From contig CAXXWQ010000003.1 of NCBI GenBank assembly GCA_963674945.2, positions 1,952,001-2,016,000 of the forward strand: 64,000 bases of DNA, in the 5' to 3' direction. A program made the position numbers and the translations under genes. Positions 58,025 through 64,000 of this stretch are shown piece by piece. This DNA is from an uncultured Desulfosarcina sp. (lineage in GTDB: Bacteria; Desulfobacterota; Desulfobacteria; Desulfobacterales; Desulfosarcinaceae). The notes beneath the pieces were generated by a model. The model was not told the origin of the DNA, did no database searches, and saw nothing but the letters and a program-made list of their open reading frames with translations. How positions within the stretch are numbered: position 1 is the stretch's first letter; each line of letters begins with the position of its first letter.

Positions 58025-58093
58025 ATAGCTTGGCGCGGCCAGTATGTCGAAATTTTTCCATAATCCTTTAATTTTATGGTGATAAAATAATAT

Positions 58094-58277
58094 ATCAACC
58101 TGGTTCCATCCAGGGGCTCAAGTGAAGATCTGCTCGCTTGTTAGAAAAACATTCAGAGCAGACTCAGGTGCCTTTTCTTGGAGAGTAACCTTGTTTCTCG
58201 GATGTTATCGGGCAAGGTTAGGTCGCTCTTTTGTTTCCGAGGCAAAGACAGGCGGTTGAACCAGGTTGATTTTTTTC
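58094..58277 (+). ncRNA. Candidate ~180-nt structured ncRNA of unknown class
   Basis: 13-bp terminal IR ATCAACCTGGTTC/GAACCAGGTTGAT, three internal hairpins, extended -10 TGaTAAAAT at 58080-58088, T run at the 3' end. Confidence 0.6.
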
Positions 58278-58450
58278 TATATTTAAATTTCTCACCGTTC
58301 AATTAACTTTCTAATTTAATGTTTATATAACTATCTTAAATAATATGCAAAAAGAACATTTTTCCTATTGACAAGATCTTGTTTGGAAATTATTTTTTAT
58401 GTGAGAAATATATACTTTTGGCCATACGAAAATAGAAAAGGAAAATCGTT

Positions 58451-59218
58451 ATGGCACAAAAAAAAGATTGGCTTCTAATATGTTTGACCAGTTTTATCAT
58501 TTATCCAGTCTTTTCTGCCGAAAGCGCTAATCGAATCGAACCAACCTCTTTGATTCAAGTAAAATGTGATTATCGGGTAGGCAGTAATGAAACTCTTTTA
58601 AACGCGCGCCAGGCCTGTTTTCGAGAAGCCAGGCGGCGGGCCACGGAAAAAGCCGGTGTTTATCTGCGTAGCTATACCAAACTTCACTATCAAGCCGGTA
58701 AAACCTTCCCCATATTGGAAGAAAAAATCGAAACTTTTACTGCCGGTTTTATAAAGGCAGATATTTTAAAAGAAGAAATCCGTTTAGAACATGACCAGCT
58801 TATTATCAGTCTGACCGTAGGCGCGAGAGTCCGCTTGGATGACCTGAAAAAAAGGTTTTATGAGTATACCCTATCAAATGAGCCTGTCCGAAAAGCGTTG
58901 ATAGCCAAGCCTCAAGTAATATATGAAAAAACATTTAGAAAGAAAGATCAGGATAAAGACGGCAATATTCGCGCGTTTACCTGGAATAAAGAGATAAAAA
59001 TCGGTGATATTATCGAAGTAATCAGCCTGGCACCGAAGCAATCCAATATTTATATTTATCGCGGGAAACAGTTCGAGCCCAGTTGGAAATTAGCTCAAAA
59101 CGGCTACCACCAGGGACGGATCGAACACGTACCTGTAGGCAAGAGCTATTACCTTTGGACTGAATCTAAGGACGATTTCGAAATCAAAGTAAAGATCACC
59201 CGCCGGAGTGGAATATAA
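58451..59218 (+). CDS. Hypothetical secreted protein
   Basis: Signal peptide; 'ARQA...EARRRA.EKAGVYL.SYT' resembles an LPP20/FlgT-N-like domain. Confidence 0.7.
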   Translation: MAQKKDWLLICLTSFIIYPVFSAESANRIEPTSLIQVKCDYRVGSNETLLNARQACFREARRRATEKAGVYLRSYTKLHYQAGKTFPILEEKIETFTAGFIKADILKEEIRLEHDQLIISLTVGARVRLDDLKKRFYEYTLSNEPVRKALIAKPQVIYEKTFRKKDQDKDGNIRAFTWNKEIKIGDIIEVISLAPKQSNIYIYRGKQFEPSWKLAQNGYHQGRIEHVPVGKSYYLWTESKDDFEIKVKITRRSGI

Positions 59219-59633
59219 ATCTCCATATTTTCTTAATATGACTTATAATTCCAAGCCAGTCAAAAGCATGGGGTTTTTACAGTAAGCTCCTTATTGCGAA
59301 GGCCGGAACATAGTTTTTGAAAAATAAAAAGTCTTATTAGGAGCAGCATTTCATTACTATACCTAAATACCATACGTAGTACAAATATTTAACTGCCTAT
59401 ATAAATCTTCAAATCCGCCGACAAAATGACGCAATTTGGAGAGACATGACATTTTTTGACAGTTGGTGGCGCAATATAATATAATAATAACAGTGGTATA
59501 CTGTTGTGCATGATTTTTGCAATTTAAATCGTTCATTAAAAAAATAAAGGAGAATGATTATAATCTGAAATTAAAAGGCTTAATTAACGAAAATTTTTCT
59601 TGACAAATTGAAACATTAAAAAATAGACATATT

Positions 59634-59924
59634 ATGGAGGCTCCCCTCATGAAGAATAAATCCATTTCTATTTCAGATTTACAAAAACAACTGCCATCTT
59701 TAGTCGTTGGATTAAATAAGTCCGGTATTATAATCACAGACGGAAAAGCCGAGGTTGCTGTGCTATTAAGTATTCGGGAATATCGATCAATGAAAGCAAT
59801 GATAAAATTAGCAGGCGATCCAGAAAAACTACTTTCTTATTATAAAAATGTAAAAAAGGTTCAAGACGGGGATCTTGCTGATTACAAAAATGTGACAAAG
59901 TTAATTTCTGGTAGCAATAAATAA
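59634..59924 (+). CDS. Phd/YefM family antitoxin
   Basis: 'ISISDLQKQLPSLV', 'IIITDGKAEVAVLLSIREY..M'; TTGACA box upstream. Confidence 0.8.
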   Translation: MEAPLMKNKSISISDLQKQLPSLVVGLNKSGIIITDGKAEVAVLLSIREYRSMKAMIKLAGDPEKLLSYYKNVKKVQDGDLADYKNVTKLISGSNK

Positions 59925-59939
59925 ATCGAGGTTATTACA

Positions 59940-60206
59940 ATGTCGGAAGTATTTGACGAACTTTTTTATGATGAAAAAGTTTATGATTATCTCGACCCAC
60001 TTTCTAAAAACACCCCTACATATAAAGAACGTGATTGTATAGAGGAACTTTTCAAGAAAGTATGTAAGGGCATAGATCCGCTATATCCCATTCCAAATCA
60101 GCCTGGTGCCTACCAACCGATTGAGGATTGTAATCACGAAATTTTGTTTGCAAAAAGGAAAAAAAAGCTAGTTGCCATTAATATTCGACGAGTAAAAAAT
60201 CCTTAA
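59940..60206 (+). CDS. Putative divergent toxin partner (weakly RelE-like)
   Basis: 88 aa directly after the antitoxin; C-terminal 'HEILF....KKLVAINIRR' strands. Confidence 0.45.
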   Translation: MSEVFDELFYDEKVYDYLDPLSKNTPTYKERDCIEELFKKVCKGIDPLYPIPNQPGAYQPIEDCNHEILFAKRKKKLVAINIRRVKNP

Positions 60207-60216
60207 AGTATATTTC

Positions 60217-60492
60217 ATGAAAACGTTATATACAATTCTTCAGCTAATTGGCTTGATTTTAGAAATCATTGGTGTTGTATGTATGGCTAATATGTACGTA
60301 AAAATCCACCCAAAATGGAAAATAATCAAACAATTAGGCAGTGCGTTAGTTGGAGGAAAATTGTTTCGAGGGGCAACGAGTGGGGGAACTTACCTTACAG
60401 AAAATATTGGCGTGTCTTTTCGTGGACTATCTCTTGTTGGTTTAGGATTTTGCGTTCAAGCAATTGGTGTGATTTTATCCTTTTTTATGTAA
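60217..60492 (+). CDS. Small two-TM membrane protein
   Basis: Two hydrophobic segments; co-oriented with the TA pair. Confidence 0.65.
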   Translation: MKTLYTILQLIGLILEIIGVVCMANMYVKIHPKWKIIKQLGSALVGGKLFRGATSGGTYLTENIGVSFRGLSLVGLGFCVQAIGVILSFFM

Positions 60493-60524
60493 CATTTATA
60501 TCTGTCTTTTTTTAACACAAACTC

Positions 60525-60550
60525 AAACCGCCTTTAAAAGGCGGTTTTTT
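60525..60550. terminator. Probably bidirectional terminator
   Basis: AAACCGCCTTT-a-AAAGGCGGTTTTTT between convergent genes. Confidence 0.8.
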
Positions 60551-60581
60551 CAATTCAAAATTATCTGCCTCAATTTATAAA

Positions 60582-61655
60582 TTAATTCACATTACACATA
60601 AATGTTTCTCTATTCTGAACGCAAACATGCCAAGTATATTTTCCTTCTACCGAATCGAAATGATAAATTTGTATAGTTGGATACGCGTTAGGCTGATATT
60701 CCGTTCCCAATTTAAAAACAGTAGAGGCCTGAGCCGCTATAAATAAATGAACTTTTTCGATTTGGGCATAACCATCCTTTCCGCGCAAATTCCGTATCAA
60801 ATCATGAATCTTTTTTAATATTCTATTAAGCTTTTCACTGCTACTCATGGCGTCAGTACGAGGACCGTCACCGCTTAAATGAATCCATATAGTTTTATCC
60901 GATAAATCATTAGGAATCTGCGATTTTGGAATATCAATGGTGAAGGGCAATGCAATTGCGATTTCAGTACCAGAAAAATTTATCGGAAAAGTGATATCTA
61001 TATCTTCTAAATCATCCATATCATCCAGTGTGTGCCACTTTAGCTTAAATCTATTGTAATCCATAGTAATAAGATTTGCTCGGTTAGCGATTTCCACCCC
61101 TGCGGCATATAAAAGCGGGACAGGAGCAAGACCGGCAAATACTAAAAATGGAGTATCAGTACCAGTATCAATATATCTTTCGTTTAAAATTCTGCTGAAT
61201 ATCTGAATTTCAGCAAGCGCCTTTTCAGGAGAAATAGATGCCGTGTTTATGGTCAATGAATTCACATTCCCGTAACGGTATTTCGGGGGCATATCTTTGA
61301 TTGGAGGCGAATCATGCATGCCCGGCAATCCTCGGAAATATATCAGGCAGGATTTACGGTGCTTATTAACCTGTCTTAGCCCCCATATTCCAATTATTAC
61401 CCCTAAGAGCGCCAGGATTAATCCCGTATACGTAACGGTATCTGGTCCGATACTAACAGAAAAAGATGCTGGTAGACCCTCCGGTTTAATTTCAAAAACA
61501 ACCAGCAGCCACCATATCCCGCCGGGTGCCATTAGGCCGACACCTAAAGTCAAAAGAAACCGTGCAAAGCTGGTTATTGGATCAACAGACCTGAATTTCA
61601 GCCATTGGTTCCAGAACTGCCAACATAGATTCACTACCTTATCAAACATTTTCAT
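60582..61655 (-). CDS. CBASS effector, 2TM-SAVED protein
   Basis: Two N-terminal TM helices; SAVED-like 'FAGLAPVPLLYAAG' and 'VHLFIAAQASTVFKLG'. Confidence 0.88.
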   Translation of the reverse strand: MKMFDKVVNLCWQFWNQWLKFRSVDPITSFARFLLTLGVGLMAPGGIWWLLVVFEIKPEGLPASFSVSIGPDTVTYTGLILALLGVIIGIWGLRQVNKHRKSCLIYFRGLPGMHDSPPIKDMPPKYRYGNVNSLTINTASISPEKALAEIQIFSRILNERYIDTGTDTPFLVFAGLAPVPLLYAAGVEIANRANLITMDYNRFKLKWHTLDDMDDLEDIDITFPINFSGTEIAIALPFTIDIPKSQIPNDLSDKTIWIHLSGDGPRTDAMSSSEKLNRILKKIHDLIRNLRGKDGYAQIEKVHLFIAAQASTVFKLGTEYQPNAYPTIQIYHFDSVEGKYTWHVCVQNRETFMCNVN

Positions 61656-62166
61656 TCACCTCCGGAATTACCACTGTAGCTAACTCTACAAATTGAGCCG
61701 ACCGGTTTCCCCGCCATACACGGATATTTCTGGTCCCGATGATCAAAAAAAATAAAAATTCACCAAAGAATTCTCCCCGTCTCAGAGTATTTTTCCAATC
61801 TTTAAAATCAACCCTTGAAGGATGCGGTGTGGGTTCAGGGTGGGTATGCCAGAGCCCGACAAGAGTTTGGGTTTTGTCTGATAATTTCCATTTCTGATAA
61901 ACTAATTTGTTATGATGGGCTGATCGGAAGAAAAAGGTATAACGTCGTTTATCCCGGCGTGTCGGCTCAGTAATACTATCTACAACAATGTGATCGCCTA
62001 CCAGTAAATGCCGCCCGATTAATAATCCGCCCGCTTCCTTTCTTCGTTTGTCAATTTGTCGATAAGATATTAATCTGTCGACAACACTTTCAAGCACAAT
62101 AAGTTTGCGTTTATTTTCTATTGGACAAGAAAGCCGCATTAAGTAGTTTTCCCGCAAACCGGACAA
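61642..62166 (-). CDS. cap3: CBASS Cap3 JAB/MPN peptidase
   Basis: 'EAGGLLIG', 'VGLWHTHPE..P.PS.VD..DW'. Confidence 0.9.
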   Translation of the reverse strand: MSGLRENYLMRLSCPIENKRKLIVLESVVDRLISYRQIDKRRKEAGGLLIGRHLLVGDHIVVDSITEPTRRDKRRYTFFFRSAHHNKLVYQKWKLSDKTQTLVGLWHTHPEPTPHPSRVDFKDWKNTLRRGEFFGEFLFFLIIGTRNIRVWRGNRSAQFVELATVVIPEVNENV

Positions 62167-63899
62167 GACGGTTTGGCATAATCATTGGAATTAATTTCCG
62201 GCGGCATGGATGCCGCTTTATTGTACCAGTCGCTAAGCTCCAACTTTTCCCTTAAAGCTTCGGAACTGTCTCCGACCCAAAATTTATAGCAGGCCGACTT
62301 ATTGTTAACGATATAATTTAAAGCCAGTTCGCTTGTCATAGTGGCCGTTTTAATAGCGTCCAATGCTGAAAAAGGCGTAAAACCACCCCCACAGCCGGTA
62401 AGGTCTTTGCCGACCATCTGGTACGGCTTTAAGAATGATGATCTAAAATACGGTCCTTGTGGGCCTTTCTCTATTAAGCATTCTAAACAGCCGTTTGAAT
62501 TGTGATCGATAAGTATCGCGTGACCGCCAATTCCGCAAGCTTCCAACCAACAGCAAATTAACGGTGGCGGAGATTTAATTTTATAAAACTCTTTGTTCAT
62601 CTCGCGCAAACCAGTCAAGTCAGCAGTCGCGTCAATTATGATATCAACCTCTTGCAAGCCATTTTTCTCTAACCATTTTTCCCTTTTAATCGGTTCAGGG
62701 ATCACCTTGATATACGGGAGCCTCTGGCTAAGATTTTGATAAATAGCCTCGGCTTTTCGATTTCCAATGTCTTCACCCCCCAATAAATGGCGGTGAATGT
62801 TATCCGCGGACAAAATATCGTCGTCAATTACAACCAATTTACCGATACCGCTAAGCGCCAGTTGTTCCGCAATTCTTGAACCGACCGCGCCGCCTCCGAT
62901 TATAGCCACCGAAATATCATATATCGATTTATTTGCTCCCCCCCGTTCTACAAGGTACTCTCGATTCTGTCTTAAAATGTTAATTGGTGAGACATTCCAG
63001 TTTTGTATATCCTTGCTGAGAAAAAAAGGATATTTTGAGCGGCCCGAAATAGTGACGCCGAACATGGCCTTATGCCGGGATGGCCGGATTTGTGAAAAAA
63101 TAAAGAACTCAGTCCGATCCTTTTCTTTCCGGTTTTTAGTTTTTTCAGCTTTTCTTAGTAGTTGGGTGAACTTATCACGGTCTGACGGTTTAATACTGTT
63201 ATATAATTTTTTAACATAATTGGGGGTCAGGCCGGCGTCCATATCAGGTGGGAAGCCAGGAATATGGAGCGGAATATAATATCCTTTTTTAATTTGATTT
63301 TTTTTAAATCTTTCCGTGTATCCGTAGTTTTCTGGTAAAGTCGAATTATAGCATAAGTTCGGAGTTGTTTTTCTCCTAAAAGTCTTTTTCTTAGAGGAAG
63401 AGGAACTGATTTTAAAATTAATTTTACTTACTTTATCACCAGGCTCAAAAAAACAATGGATAGTCGTAATTTCCGGAAGCGATTGCCAATATCCTTCAAA
63501 CTCTTCAAATAGTTCGGTAAGATCCCTGTGGTAACTGCCTTTAAGGACTTTGATGACCTGATCGATAGATTGATATAGTACGGCTTTCGGATTATCCGCA
63601 TTAATAAAAATACTCGCAGACTTATCAATAAAGCAGATATCACCGTTAAAATTGACATGATTATGAAAATCGTGTGTTTCTGGCGAAGATAAAAAGAAAT
63701 AAGGAAGAGCGTTAGGAAAATTTATGGGTTCACAAATTAAAAGTTCATATTCAATTTTGCCAGCTTGAACCAGGCATGAAAAGGCTTTTGAAAGTTTCTT
63801 TTTGTAACCATCAATTCTTTTCGGAAGGCTCTCGATCTCTACGGCTTCGACGAAAATTATTTTAGCATGATCCCGCAATAAAATTTCAAAATCATACAA
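62139..63899 (-). CDS. cap2: CBASS Cap2 E2-E1 (ThiF) fusion
   Basis: E2-like 'P.NFPNALP...HVNFNGDICF'; ThiF 'IIGGGAVGS', 'DILSADNIHRH'; CLEC and CPVC zinc ligands; 'GCGG'. Confidence 0.9.
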   Translation of the reverse strand: MYDFEILLRDHAKIIFVEAVEIESLPKRIDGYKKKLSKAFSCLVQAGKIEYELLICEPINFPNALPYFFLSSPETHDFHNHVNFNGDICFIDKSASIFINADNPKAVLYQSIDQVIKVLKGSYHRDLTELFEEFEGYWQSLPEITTIHCFFEPGDKVSKINFKISSSSSKKKTFRRKTTPNLCYNSTLPENYGYTERFKKNQIKKGYYIPLHIPGFPPDMDAGLTPNYVKKLYNSIKPSDRDKFTQLLRKAEKTKNRKEKDRTEFFIFSQIRPSRHKAMFGVTISGRSKYPFFLSKDIQNWNVSPINILRQNREYLVERGGANKSIYDISVAIIGGGAVGSRIAEQLALSGIGKLVVIDDDILSADNIHRHLLGGEDIGNRKAEAIYQNLSQRLPYIKVIPEPIKREKWLEKNGLQEVDIIIDATADLTGLREMNKEFYKIKSPPPLICCWLEACGIGGHAILIDHNSNGCLECLIEKGPQGPYFRSSFLKPYQMVGKDLTGCGGGFTPFSALDAIKTATMTSELALNYIVNNKSACYKFWVGDSSEALREKLELSDWYNKAASMPPEINSNDYAKPSCPVCGKTT

Positions 63900-63901
63900 A
63901 A

Positions 63902-64000
63902 CTATGCGCTTTCTCCAGCCGGGACAAAACCGGCCACAGTTGCTTTCTTAGCGGTATCTTTAGATTCCGGAACCGGAAAGTCATCACCGAATTGTTTCCT
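63902..64000 (-). CDS. Probable CD-NTase C-terminus (partial)
   Basis: Reads RKQFGDDFPVPESKDTAKKATVAGFVPAGESA*; directly upstream of cap2. Confidence 0.7.
   Translation of the reverse strand, partial: RKQFGDDFPVPESKDTAKKATVAGFVPAGESA

Larger units (their letters stand above)
56401..64000. mobile_element. tRNA-Phe-integrated genomic island (left end only; continues beyond the window)
   Basis: att fragment, tandem TTCTTTAGCCA repeats (56562-56583), AT-rich, relaxase-like gene and defence cargo. Confidence 0.75.

Noticed and set aside
58094..58270. Retron msr-msd, 6S RNA or MITE
   Set aside because: No RT in the window, no long msd-like hairpin or 6S-like rod with central bubble, and no target duplication; kept as unclassified
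1..64000. CRISPR array or rRNA genes
   Set aside because: No regularly spaced repeat-spacer series or rRNA-like sequence seen

Overview
The window looks like a Desulfobacterales-type sulfate-reducer chromosome; this host assignment is inferred from gene content (cytochrome c3, FapA, HU, RNase II). It has four parts. (1) 1-11.2 kb holds ordinary host genes. (2) 11.4-13.4 kb is a decayed junction with remnants of a radical-SAM/SPASM gene, a substrate-binding protein, an IS1634 transposase and a 5'-truncated MCP. (3) 13,418-56,217 is an apparently complete 42.8 kb Mu-like transposable prophage with TGT...ACA ends and repeated transposase-binding sites but no target-site duplication. It carries an ISAzo13 insertion in gemA, a type II hammerhead ribozyme, a -2 tail-chaperone frameshift, an internally deleted tyrosine recombinase, a MuF-nuclease fusion, a 1355-aa lipoprotein/cysteine-protease pair where tail-fibre genes normally sit, and structured leaders before the protease and methylase genes. 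(4) From 56.4 kb an AT-rich island begins at a 3'-half tRNA-Phe att site. It encodes a replication-relaxation protein flanked by two unexplained ~180-195 nt highly structured elements, a putative toxin-antitoxin pair, and a type II CBASS operon (CD-NTase C-terminus, Cap2, Cap3, 2TM-SAVED). All family assignments come from motif recognition and synteny; no database searches were run.
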